Part shown: positions 1-11,551 of the stretch, piece after piece | How positions within the stretch are numbered: position 1 is the stretch's first letter | How the letters are laid out: each line of letters opens with the position of its first letter | Source: Macrostomum lignano | Lineage: Eukaryota | NCBI GenBank assembly: GCA_002269645.1 | Contig: NIVC01001403.1 | Span: 232,181-296,180 of the forward strand | Direction: 5' to 3' | Length of the DNA: 64,000 nt | Position numbers and translations under genes: made by a program | Notes under the pieces: generated by a model | Seen by the model: only the letters and a program-made list of their open reading frames with translations | What the model was told of the DNA's origin: nothing | Databases searched by the model: none

Positions 1-78
1 TTGCTACGATACGGTGAGCGGGTGCGCTGTTGTTTTTTATGAAAACAAATCGCTTTGCGAAATTATAAACTGGCTATG

Positions 79-812
79 GAGAGGGAGCAGAGAGTGTGCA
101 TAGAGGGAGCGGAGAGTGTGCATAGAGGGAGCGGAGAGTGTGCATAGAGGGAGCGGAGAGTGTGCATAGAGGGAGCGGAGAGTGTGCATAGAGGGAGCGG
201 AGAGTGTGCATAGAGGGAGCGGAGAGTGTGCATAGAGGGAGCGGAGAGGTAGCGGAGAGGGAGCTGAGAGGGAGAGGAGATAAAGCGGAGAGGGAGCGGA
301 GAGGGAGCGGAGAGGTAGCGGAGAGGGAGCTGAGAGGGAGAGGAGATAAAGCGGAGAGGGAGCGGAGAGGGAGCGGAGAGGGAGCGGAGAGGGAGCGGAG
401 AGGGAGCGGAGAGTGAGCGGAGAGGGAGCGAAGATGGAGTGGAGAGGGAGCGGAGAGGGAGCGGAGAGTGTGCATAGAGGGAGCGGAGAGGGAGCGGAGA
501 GTGTGCATAGAGGGAGCGGAGAGGGAGCGGAGAGGGAGCGGAGAGGTAGCGGAGAGGGAGCTGAGAGGGAGAGGAGATAAAGCGGAGAGGGAGCGGAGAG
601 GGAGCGGAGAGGGAATGGAGAGGGAGCGGAGATGGAGTGGAGAGGGAGCGGAGAGGGAGCGGAGAGGGAGCGAAGATGGAGTGGAGAGGGAGCGGAGAGG
701 GAGCGGAGAGGGAGCGGAGAGTGAGCATAGAGGGAGCGGAGAGGGAGCGGAGAGGGAGCGGAGAGGTAGCGGAGAGGGAGCGGAGAGGGAGCGGAGAGGG
801 AGCGGAGAGGGA
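79..812. repeat. Purine-rich minisatellite, 11-bp unit GAGAGGGAGCG with a 22-bp variant GAGGGAGCGGAGAGTGTGCATA
   Basis: Unit visible directly; overlapping ORFs in several frames are low-complexity translations of the repeat. Confidence 0.95.
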
Positions 813-1292
813 ATGTGTTTCTCGCAATAACTAAGGCACAAAAAGGCCAAATGGCCACAAAGTTGGTGAGAATTCCACCTGGAATTCATCTGGCCCCGCG
901 GTGCGCGTGTATTGCTTCTAACCAAAGTCATGCTTTCTTAACTTGTCATTCTCGACAAGGAAAGGACTAAAAGCCCTAGTAGTTGAGAGGCGCTGGGTCT
1001 GCAAGGCAGACCTGAGCTGGCTAAAATTAAATTTCCGATAGGCGTAACAAAATGTAAAACTGAAAAAGCAAAAAGCGGCCGCGTGCGTGTAAGACGCAGC
1101 GAGTTGAGTTGAGTTTGAGTCGCTATTCGTCTGCCCTATGGCTTAATAACTGCTAAACTGCTTCTACGAAAAAAGCAGAAGATTCGGCTTTCGGAGCATG
1201 TTCAATGATTTAAAGACCACTGGATTGGATTGCTTTGACGATACGACAAAAGCAATTTTACCGAAGCCGAAGCGTTATTCAAAAGCATTTGT

Positions 1293-3233
1293 CTAGCTGG
1301 ACGGCTTGACCTTGACCAGGCCGTAGTCCAGCACATCCTCGATGTCGTAGTCGTCCGACACGCACCGCGGCTGCTGCTGCTGCTGCTGCGGACGTTGAGT
1401 TGAAGAGGCGGAGCGCTTTCTGTTGCTCCGGTTGCTGCAGTTAAACTGCTGTCCTGGCGGACGGGTCACCTTCTGACTGCAGTGACCATCGTCAGCTCCA
1501 AAGTCCTCGGCGTACCATAGGTCCCAGTCCCAGTGCCAGTTGCGCCCGTCCTCAGCGTAGATCAGCATGTGGTGCTTGGCTGCTTTCCGTTCCTCCTGCT
1601 TGCGTTGGATGTCCTTGTCGTTGGCGAAGCAGCTGCCTTTGGCGGTGAAGTCGCAGTCGTACGGAAACAGCAACAGTTTGCGCAGGGTCTTGTACCGCTT
1701 GAACAGGTCGCTCTCTTCGTCCTTGATGTCGGCGTTCATTCTGGTATAGGACACCTTGTAGAAGTCCTGGCGCATCTTCTTCACGTGCTCGTAGATGTCC
1801 ATGATGATGCGGGCGATATCGGGGACCTCAGCCTTGTGGTAGGCCTCGATCTTGTCCACAACCTTCTGGATGATGTTCTTGTCCCAGTAGTTGTCGTCGC
1901 CCCAGAACTGCTTCTTTGTGTGCGACACCAGCACCAGCAGCTTCTCCTCGCGGGCGCCGCCCTCCTTCTCGTTTTTGCCGAGCTGGCAAGAGAGCTCCTC
2001 GTCGCTCCAGGGAATGAAGTCGGTCAGCAGCACTATGAGGATGTAGAACCAGGACTCGATGTCCATCATGTAGTTGGCCGGCTCCAGGTTCAGCACGCCC
2101 ACGGACATGTAACGCCTGCTGCCCATGGTGATGTCCGGCTTGTTCTCCGAGCAGATCCTTGACAGGCCGTAGTCCAACAGGTAGACAGTGTTGGTCATCT
2201 TGCCGATACCGAGACACAGGTTGTCCGGTTTCAAGTCCAGGTGAATCATGTTTTTCCGGTGCATGACTAGCAGGCGGCAGAGGAACTGGTCCATGAGCTT
2301 CAGAGTGGTCTGCACGCTGAAAAACATTCGATTGTCGTGAGAATGGTTCTCGGCAAAGAACTCCTTCCAGTCGTCCAGGTTAGGCCCGAGCAGCTCCATG
2401 GTGAAGTAGGTCTTGTCCGTAATGTCTTCCTCGCGTAGGCCGAAGATGTTGTGCTTCTCCAGGTAAGTCTCGCGGAAACTGCTCTGCACACCGTACGGGT
2501 CGTACACGATCACCTTGTTGAGATCCTTGGTGATTCTGCGACCGCCAATGTAGTCAAAGTCGATGGGCAGCGGGAAGCCGACCATGGAGTAGCGGCTGTC
2601 TGGATTGCTGAACAACTCCTGCAGCAGGAAGAACTCGCGCACCAGGTTGATCTTGCCGATCGAATTGTTCTCAATGTCGAACGGAGTCAGCGGCTCGAAC
2701 TTGATGGCGACAAGGTCCAGACAGCGCTCGTCTCTGTACGCGTCCAGCAGGGCAGTCTTGGATCGTTTCGTGGTTTTCCGCATCTTCTGCAGATACTTGA
2801 CGTACTCGTCCGAGTACTTGGGGTTCTGCGCCGAACCCGTCGCCTGCGTCACTAAGCGGAACACGGAGCCGAAAGCGCCGGCGCCGATTAGGAAAAGCGA
2901 CTGCAAGACGTACTTCTGCTTGAACTTGACGTCGGAGTAGACCGCCTGCAGAATCTCGTCCACGATCTCCTCCTGGGTGAGGCCGGTCTCGCCAACGTTG
3001 TGCAGCGCCATCAGGTTGCAGCCCTCGTAGTTAGGGTCTCCGGCCGCCAGTAAGGTGCTGATGTCGCGAATGCCGCGTCGGATAAAGTACAATCGGTCCA
3101 GTCGAATGTTACCCTGCGAGGAGCGGCTGCGCACCTGCCTTTCGCCGAAGCCATGCTGCTGCTGTTGATGCTGCTGCTGCTGATGCTGCTGCTGCTGCGC
3201 GCTGCTAACAGTTGATCCGGATAGTTCAGGCAT
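1293..3233 (-). CDS. Divergent casein kinase 1/TTBK-like Ser/Thr kinase, paralog A (646 aa, no intron in the CDS)
   Basis: G-loop GAGAFGSV, VAIKFE, catalytic HLDLKPDN, DYG, CK1-type GSRRYMS...DIESWFY...PW (no APE motif); polyQ at both termini. Confidence 0.88.
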   Translation of the reverse strand: MPELSGSTVSSAQQQQHQQQQHQQQQHGFGERQVRSRSSQGNIRLDRLYFIRRGIRDISTLLAAGDPNYEGCNLMALHNVGETGLTQEEIVDEILQAVYSDVKFKQKYVLQSLFLIGAGAFGSVFRLVTQATGSAQNPKYSDEYVKYLQKMRKTTKRSKTALLDAYRDERCLDLVAIKFEPLTPFDIENNSIGKINLVREFFLLQELFSNPDSRYSMVGFPLPIDFDYIGGRRITKDLNKVIVYDPYGVQSSFRETYLEKHNIFGLREEDITDKTYFTMELLGPNLDDWKEFFAENHSHDNRMFFSVQTTLKLMDQFLCRLLVMHRKNMIHLDLKPDNLCLGIGKMTNTVYLLDYGLSRICSENKPDITMGSRRYMSVGVLNLEPANYMMDIESWFYILIVLLTDFIPWSDEELSCQLGKNEKEGGAREEKLLVLVSHTKKQFWGDDNYWDKNIIQKVVDKIEAYHKAEVPDIARIIMDIYEHVKKMRQDFYKVSYTRMNADIKDEESDLFKRYKTLRKLLLFPYDCDFTAKGSCFANDKDIQRKQEERKAAKHHMLIYAEDGRNWHWDWDLWYAEDFGADDGHCSQKVTRPPGQQFNCSNRSNRKRSASSTQRPQQQQQQPRCVSDDYDIEDVLDYGLVKVKPSS

Positions 3234-3506
3234 GGCCTCTTGTAGCGAGTCTGTCCTCTGAATAAAAATGACATCTAATTTTTATTCGCAAGTTCTCCAC
3301 CCGCTTCGCCTTCTAGACTAGCCTGTAAGGCTGGCCATAGACGTTACTTGCGAATCTCCAAGTCCAGAGCGTTGGTTTATAAGAGGACCGACCAAGAGGA
3401 CTGCCGCAAATTTAAAACGTATCATAAATGAAAAGCTAAGAAACGAGAGAGTTTCTATAATAGGATGTCAAGATGATTCACGGCACTGCAGAAACAGCTA
3501 AAAAGT

Positions 3507-4360
3507 CAGTGACGTACGCACAGGGGGCAGGGGCCGCCTCCCAATTCGTCTCCATGAAAATTTTGTCCCATTAAATAACCGAAAGAGCCAATCAAGTTCG
3601 AAGAATGACAGGAGCTCAACTTTTGCCAGCTCTTGGACGTGGCCTTCACAGCCCCAAGAGACAGGGGTAGGGGCACCCATCAAGACATCAAGAGACAGCG
3701 GAACCCAAGAGACAGGGGCGCCATCAAAAAACATGGGCGCCCACCAAGAGACAGGGGCGCCATCAAAAAACATGGGCGCCCACCAAGAGACAGGGGCGCC
3801 CACCCAAGAGACAGGGGCGCCCACCCAAGAGACAGGGGCGCCCACCAAGAGACAGGGGCGCCCACCAAGAGACAGGGGCGCCCACCAAGAGACAGGGGGC
3901 GCCCAACAAGAGACAGGGGCGCCCACCAGGAGACAGGGGCGCTCACCAGGAGACAGGGGCGCCCACCAAGAGACAGGGGCGCCCACCAAGAGACAGGGGG
4001 CGCCCACCAAGAGACAGGGGGCGCCCACCAGGAGACAGGGGCGCCCACCAAGAGACAGGGGCGCCCACCAAGAGACAGGGGGCGCCCACCAAGAGACAGG
4101 GGCGCCCACCAAGAGACAGGGGCGCCCACCAAGAGACAGGGGCGCCCACCAAGAGACAGGGGCGCTCACCAAGAGACAGGGGCGCCCACCAAGAGACAGG
4201 GGCGCCCACCAAGAGACAGGGGCGCCCACCAAGAGACAGGGGCGCCCACCAAGAGACAGGGGGCGCCCACCAAGAGACAGGGGCGCCCACCAAGAGACAG
4301 GGGCGCTCACCAAGAGACAGGGGCGCCCACCAAGGGTTAAAACTTTGACGTACGTCACGG
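3507..4360. mobile_element. Putative MITE with about 12-bp imperfect TIRs enclosing a GC-rich minisatellite
   Basis: CAGTGACGTACG (3507-3518) and CGTACGTCACGG (4349-4360) are inverted repeats; no TSD recognised. Confidence 0.4.
3653..4334. repeat. 20-bp minisatellite CACCAAGAGACAGGGGCGCC
   Basis: About 30 near-identical units visible directly. Confidence 0.95.
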
Positions 4361-4699
4361 CTAGAGAAAGTTTTTCAGAGCAAACTTTTTTCTTGCCCTC
4401 TGAATGCCATTGGTAAATTGTCCAAAAATTAAAAATGTGTTGAAATTTCTCGATTACAGAAGCAAGACCTTTTAGCTACGCAACTCTCGCGCCAGTATTT
4501 AAATTTATCATTGAGTTTTGTCCACTTGTATATTTTCTATTATAAACCTACTGGCTTTAACCTACACAGACCTACAGACCAGCTTTTCTAGCAATCTACA
4601 GCTGTCGCTTACAAAAATCTACAGTAAAATAAACCTCAATACAAAAGTAATTATTTTGCTAGCTTTAAAAACGAAAGTTCCATGAAAGCAGGTCTGGTT

Positions 4700-6986
4700 T
4701 CAAGCTACCAGAACGCTGCTTGGTTCAGCCTGCAAGTGCATGGCGTCCTGAGAACCGTCCGTTTTTGTCCTGGCTTCCGTCGAATTCAAGCGCCCCATCA
4801 CGCGAGCCAAGTAATGCTTCATCCAGCTGGGAATGCCGCTCGATTGCGGTGGCGCAGAATCCTCTGTTGCATCATCATCGTCTGTGTCTGCAGCTTCGTC
4901 ATTGTCGTCAAGGCGCTCGTCGGAGCCTCCTCCAGCGTGTTGGTTGGCATTTTGTACGGTGAAGATCGATTTTCGTGATAATCGTGGAGCTCTCAGAGCT
5001 TCTCTGGCATTGCCGGCCTGGAGGTCAAGGTGCTCCTCCGCAAACCATTCGTCCCAGTCCCAGTGCCAGTTGCGGCCGTTCTCAGCAAAGATGAGCTGCT
5101 GGTAGCGGCTGCTGCGCTTCTCCTGCTTTCTGAACAGGTCTTTGTCCTTGGCAAAGCAGCTGTCGCGCTGCGAGAAGTCGCAATCGTAGGGATAGAGCAA
5201 CAGCTTGCGCAAGGTGTGGTACCTATAGGTTAGCAACAAAAGTGTGTCAAAATAACGGCTTGATGTTTTTAGGCCTAATAGTAGAGCTAGTATGTGCTGT
5301 GAATCTATGCGGTGACGCCCATAGGAGCAGAGCAACTCGGCGGTAAACGCGTTTGACTCTTGCGCCACGACCCCTGGTTCGATTCCGTGAGCGGCCACAT
5401 TCCTTTGTCGGGACGATGTTGCCCAGGGTTGCCTACAGCCCTCCTGCGAATACTTACTTTTTCTAAACTGCCTCATACCTTTTAAACAAGTCGCTCTCCT
5501 CATTGCGAATGTCCGCGTGCATCCGAGCCGAGGAGACGGGATAAAAATCCCGCCGCATCCGCCTGATGTGCGTGTAGATGTCACCGAGAATGACCCCGAT
5601 GTCCGGCACGGCGGCTCTGTGATAGGACTCTGCCATCTCAATCACCCTCTGCAACAACTTCTTGTCCTGTACTCCTTCGTCGCCCCAAAATTGTTTCTTG
5701 AGCTGAGCAGTCTGGAAGATGAGTTCGTCGCAGTTGGTCTGCTGTGAAATGCCATTAGCTTTGGCCAGCATTTCGTCACTCCAAGGCACATAGTCGGTGA
5801 GCAGCACTATGAGAACGTAAAACCAGGACTCGATGTCCATCATGAAGTTTGCCGGCCACAAGTTCAGCACTCCTACGGACATGTAGCGCCTGCTGCCCAT
5901 GGTTATCGTGGGCTTCTCGTCCGAGCAGAACCTTGACAAGCCGTAGTCCAACAGGTAGACAGTGTTGGTCATCTTGCCAATGCCCATGCACAGATTGTCA
6001 GGCTTCAGGTCCAGGTGAACAATGTTCTTCTGGTGCATGATGATCAGGCGGCAGAGGAACTGGTCCATGAGCTTCAGAGTGGTCTGCACGCTGAACACCA
6101 ATTTGTTGTTTCTTCCGTGGCTGGCAGAGAAGAACACCTTCCACTCGTCCAAGTTGGGGCCAAGTAGCTCCATGGTCATGTAGGACAGATCGGTCACATC
6201 TCCCGGTGAGAGGTTCAAGATGGTGCTGGTACCCATCAGAGCCTCGTGGTAGTTGTTCGGCCTGCCGTAAGTGTCGAAGATGAGAACCTTCTTGAGGTTC
6301 TTGGCGACTCGCTTGTTGCCAAGAAAGCCAAACTCGATTGGCATTGGAAAGCCGACCAGGGCATTCGTGCTGCAGCTGTTCCTGAACAGTTCAGTCAGGA
6401 TGCAGAACTCCTTGACAAGTTGGATTTGATTTGCAGCCATGAAGCTGACGTTGTTTAGAGACAGAGCCTCGACCTTCATAGCGACGAGATCCAGACACAG
6501 ACTGTCCCGGTACGCATCTAGCAGGACGGACTTCTTCCTGCTCTTGGTACGCCGCATCGTCTGCAGAAATCTCACGTATTGCTCGTCGTAGAGCGGATTT
6601 TCCAACTTGCCAGACGCGTTGCTCACAATGCGAAACACGCAGCCGTAGGAGCCCGAGCCAATCAGGAACAGCGACGAGTAATTATACTTGCGATTGAACT
6701 CCTTGTCCTCGTAGATGGTGCGCAAAATGGTGTCGAGCTGCTCCGACTCGAGATTTTCGAGCGCGTTGTGCGTCGCCGAGCATGACATCGACGCCAATTG
6801 CAGTTCGGCTGGCGACCTGCGGCGCCTCTGTCCCACGTGAATCGCCGCAGCTTCCGGTTGCTGCATGGCGGCAAACAGTTCCGGCTCGGTTGTCAGGCCC
6901 ACTCTGCCGGTGTCGCTGGGCCGACTGACGTCCTCGAGGACGAAGATTCTCACGGCCGAGTTGTTGCTGTTGGCGCTGGCTTGCAT
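4700..6986 (-). CDS. Divergent CK1-like kinase, paralog B; exons 6986-5479 and 5222-4700 (676 aa)
   Basis: GSGSYG, VAMKVE, HLDLKPDN, DYG, GSRRYMS. A phase-2 GT-AG intron (5478-5223) restores LFKR/YHTLRKLLLYPYDCDF, matching paralog A LFKRYKTLRKLLLFPYDCDF. ATG at 6986 lies 2 nt after a CAG acceptor. Confidence 0.88.
5330..5398 (+). mobile_element. Degenerate tRNA-like/SINE head inside the paralog B intron
   Basis: Perfect B-box GGTTCGATTCC at 5376-5386; weak A-box-like AGCAACTCGG upstream; no convincing cloverleaf. Confidence 0.35.
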
Positions 6987-7484
6987 GGCTGCGGTTGAAA
7001 GCTCAAGCGAGACGAGTTTCAACGTAAGATTTCGAGCTTTTAATTAGTTTGTTTTTCAAATTTATCACGGGACATCATATTCAGAGTAACACTATTCATC
7101 TCAAGTGTTGGTTCTGACCACAGATACTCGTAGCCTCCCTCTGCCAATGAAAGGCAATTTTAAGCGGAACTTGAACGCTTTAGGCTCAGCTGAGCGATTC
7201 TGAGTGTTATTCTCAAGTTTTAATTTTAGCCAGCGGTGTTCATTTGGTTACAAAACTTGATTATAGCAAATTTCTAATAGTTGTATGGGTCTGCTCGCAG
7301 TAAGCTATGAATCTGCTACAGATTACCGAAGGCAAAATACAGTTTCAACGTCCACGGAGATCTCCGATAATAGGTTCAGAGGAAAATAAAAGGGTAAAAT
7401 AGTAAAGCTGTCAAGGAAAAATAGGTTTCTACGGAACTTTGGTTCGTATAAACTCGATTTTGTCAGTCCCGTTCTGCCGTTCAA

Positions 7485-10400
7485 TCACCGAGCTCCTCTT
7501 TGATCGGGCGCTGGCGCTCTGGTAGCCGGCAGCAGGCCGAAGACCAAGTCCGACTTGAGCATGCGAAACTCGCTACTCGGGCAGGCGATCACTATGCGCT
7601 TGTTCGAGCCGCCGCCGCCGCCTCCGCAGCCGCCATAGCTGTCTCGATACCTGTACACACCGAAGCACAGAATGCCATGTCTGCCTAGCAGTCTCAGAAA
7701 CATCTTTCCGAAGGTGTCGCAACCAACCGACAATCGTTCGTCCATGAGCATGCTCAGCTGAGTGATCCGGGAGGCGGGTAAAGCCTGAGAGGCGTCGGCT
7801 GTCGAGCCACCGTGGCAGTGCTGGGCCGCGCCGCCGGTCACCAGAGCCGTGATGAGGCGCATGGCGCTGGAGTTAAAGTACACCGTGGCCAGCAGTGAGT
7901 CCAGCACGCTGGCTGAGAACGCGCTGCCGCAAGCGAACGCCTCGGTGTTGTGAATCTCTTCAATCGTGTCGTCATCGTCGTCGTCCTGATCCAGGTACTG
8001 AATATTCTTGTCGATGAGGATCTCCGTAACTATGGGAGCTCCCAGTTCTTTAACAGTCTGGGGGACTGGCAGGCCCAGGGCTTGGTAATAGATTTCTGAG
8101 TTGCCGGGCAGTCCGATGGCTTTGATGTTCAGCGTGCACATGACAACTTCGCGGTCCACCAGGTACGGATCTACCTGATCGTCATCGGGTTCATAGCAGC
8201 GGCCTCCGCTGATCACGATACACATGTCGCATTGATCAATGCCTGTCAAAGATTAGATATAAAATTGAAATTGGCTTTGATTTCAAATTTGACAATGACG
8301 ATAGTCTCGCCTGCATGACTCAATTTAACTTACCGGCAGCTCGCAAGCTGGCCCGTCGCATCGGTGACTCGGCCACCGCGTAGACCTCCGGAAAGTTGCA
8401 CAGCTCATCCCACTCCCGCTCCAGCTGGTTCAGGTCGCACACGACCACAATGGGAACTAGGTCCTGTCTGTGGTAGGCGCGAGACCGCAGCGGAGCCACG
8501 AAGCTGCACAGATCCAGGTGACCTGTGGAATCCTCTCCGCCAGCAACGCACAGGACGTAGTGACCTTTGAATTCGGCCACTTTAGACCGGCCAGTCCGAA
8601 CTGGTAGGAGGGCATCCGACATCAGACTTCTGTCCTCGCACCAGTGCGTGGATCCCGAAGCCGGGTCGTAGCTGCTCGGCTGTGCCGCTGTGGCTTCAAC
8701 AACGGCATCTGTGGCCTGAAGGGAGCGAAACCGCTCCAAAGCGTCGCGCGCCGTCGCTTCGTCCAGTCCGAGCACCAGACGCATGTCGTCCTGCGTATCG
8801 GCCAGAAACAGTCCGCGACACGGCTTCCCGGAGCTGGGAATTTCAAAGCCTTCAGCCGAACCCGATGGGTTCAACAGCAGCGCCGATGCAACGTTTCCGC
8901 TGTCGTCAGTGTCGGCCTCCGGCATGACCGCCAGAAGGATGACGCCCAGCTCGCTGTAGCAGACGGCCGCAGCCTCGGCGAAGGTCATGCCGGCGAAGGC
9001 CGGGCCGAAGCACTCCGAGTAGATTTCGTTCGACACGCCAACTAAGTAGTCGGCCTCCCAAGCGTCCAGGCTGGGTCCTGATGGCAGGGACCGCGTGGCG
9101 AACAGGTTGGCCATCAGCGTGGAGAAGCCCGGAGCGGCGCAGCTCTGCGCCAACAGGCCGAGACGCAGCTCGGCTGAGCAGACGCACTCGTCGCCTTTCT
9201 GCCAGTTCCAGTTGGGAATGCACTCCAGGTGTTCTTTGCTGTGGTATTGCAGCAGTTGGACGATGCAACGAACCGAAGGGGCAATGTTCTTCACCGAGAC
9301 GGCGCGCATTGTGTTCTCGGCGTCTTCTTCGTCGGGCTGCTCCGAGTCCTGACGGGCCAAGATGATGGCGGCTTCGGCTGAGCTGAGGCGGGCTCGCCTG
9401 TTGAGGTGTTGAGGTGAAAAGGTGAGCGTTACAGGCACTTCGTTGTGCATTATCTCAGCGCAGCTCTTATTGCAAAACCTAATCTCATTGGAGGTAGGAT
9501 CATTTTAAGTTACTATAATTTTAACCTAGCTCCAATGTAACCTAGCTCCAATGTAACCTAGCTCCATTGTAACCTAGCTTCATTGTAACCTAGCCATTGT
9601 AACCTAGCTCCATTGTAACCTATCTCCATTGTAACCTAGCTCATACAGTTTCTTTTTAGAGGAAATACTCCAGTAATTGTTAAAATTGATGAACTTGCGC
9701 CAAACGCTCTCACTTGCAATCCGTCATGCTGAGGATGGTGCCCTCCAGGTACACCAGGTTCCGATGGTGTCGCTTCAGCAAGCTCTGAAAATCTGGGTCG
9801 GGTTTCTGCGGAAACAGGCAGACAACGATGATGCTGCTGGACAGTTTCCGATCGACATGCAGCAAGTTGGCCAGAAAAGTGTCCACGGACTGGGCGATGG
9901 GAGCGCCGCTCACCACGATGTGCTTGCTACCGTGCTCCGGTTTGTAAGGGCCTGCGTGCCGGCTGCGAGCCGTGATCATGCCCGCGATCTCTGGGGTGTA
10001 CGACGCGAACACAGCCAGCGCCACCAGGATGTACAGGCTGATGAAGGCCCGGCCCCAGTCCGTCTCCGGGCTGATGTCTCCGAAGCCGACTGTGCTCATG
10101 GTGACGATAGTGAAGTACAAACAGTCGCCGAAGGTGACGCCCTGTGATTGAGAGAGGATTGCGGGTAGTCTTTTCGTTTGCCTGCTTGTCATAACAAATT
10201 TTTTGATGCGATTAGATAACTCCTACAGTTATACCCAAGGAAATAACCAGGGACTCCTAGAACTTTATCGACGGAAAATGAGACGGCAAGTCGTTAATGA
10301 GCTCTGCTCAAAGACCTTCTGAAATTTTATTGACTATCTGAGCTTTTCAGTTAAAGATTCTTTGCACAGTGCCTTTCTATGCTCTGAGCTGGTGTGAAAT

Positions 10401-11551
10401 GTCCGTCATTTGAAAGACAGGAAGGTCGCAAGTCTGTAGTTCCGCTATTCAGACTCCCCAACTGCGTATGATGAGGTTAAACCTGATTTTCTCGCTGAGC
10501 AGCTTCAGAAGGCAACTCTGACCTGAGGGAGCAGTGTAACCTGGCCTGGGTTAATAAAATTCTTGTCACAGTGCCTGCGTACAGTATTGGCGCTGGGGAA
10601 TCAACGAAATGGGCAGAATTGCCTCAGCTCTGCTGCTGTGAGACAGCGTCATCTCAAGCATTGCGCCAGGATGTGCAAAACTTCCTTGGAGTAGCCAATT
10701 CATCTTTAACTCACGCTGGTCTTCCCGATGCCATTCAGACTGGCCGAATTCTCCAGCACGTGGGTCGCGCTGGCCCCTAGAAACCAAACGCAGACAAAGA
10801 TGGTCAGAAGTTGCAACAGACGGATGGCGGAGCCGCTGCGCAGCAGACCCAGCCGTTGCAGCACGTCCGGCAGGGAGGTGAGGTGCAGCACCCGGATGAA
10901 CCGCAGGCCCAGCCAGTACTGCTCCAGCCACAGGCCCACGAAGGCTGGCGGCACAGTGCAATAGTCCACCAGCGACTGCACCTCCAGCCAGAAATGCAGC
11001 TTGTTCGGCGCGGCGAGAAACCTCAGACAGAATCGCAGCAGGTAGACGCAGTTGAAGGCCAGGTCGATGATCATCAGCGGACTCCGCGACCAGGGGAAGC
11101 ACCGTTCGACCCGGCCGGCCCAGACCACCGCCTCGTATGCGTAGAACGCGATGGACGTCATGCTCAGCGCGAAGTTGAGCATCAGAGCGACCCGGCCAGC
11201 GGCCGTGTGCGGACTGACCAGCCGGCCTGCCAGTTCGCGGATGGCCAAACTGCATCGCCGTCGCCTTGACGACTGCAGCGAATCGCCGTCAGCTTCAGCT
11301 GCGGCTGCCGGAGGCGCTGCCGATGCAAACACCCGGTGCTGAGTCGACCTGACGAGCCTGCGGTGGCGCAGCCAGCGTCTTATTGAAACCATCAGCTTCC
11401 AGGTGAGCAGGCAGGCCAAGCCGAAGATGAAGACAACAGCTGATGCGGCCAGGTGCAAATACCAGCGGTACACACCGCTGCAGCTGCCCTCGGCCTTTCT
11501 GTCAGCCACTGCACTTGGAGTCGAGCTACTTGACTCTCCGGTCGATGCCAT
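7485..11551 (-). CDS. slo: Slo1/BK-like Ca2+-activated K+ channel; exons 11551-10715, 10141-9714, 9397-8334, 8242-7485 (1028 aa)
   Basis: S0 segment, S4 LGLRFIRVLHL, pore TMSTVGFGD, RCK1 (KHIVVSG; EDAENTMRAVSVKN; AELRLGLLAQSC), RCK2, Ca2+ bowl QYLDQDDDDDD and AFACG. All three introns are GT-AG with matching phases (0, 2, 1). Confidence 0.93.
9522..9643. repeat. 16-bp intronic minisatellite TAACCTAGCTCCA(A/T)TG, about 7-8 copies
   Basis: Visible directly in BK intron 2. Confidence 0.9.

Noticed and set aside
37-931. Multiple 250-285-aa ORFs (SAPSPLPLRSL repeats)
   Set aside because: Translations of an 11/22-bp minisatellite, open in several frames on both strands.
3498-4416. ORFs of 116-286 aa
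   Set aside because: Translations of the 20-bp minisatellite.
4700-5641. 313-aa ORF as a separate gene
   Set aside because: Only 5222-4700 is coding (kinase B exon 2); the rest is intron and an alternative frame of exon 1.
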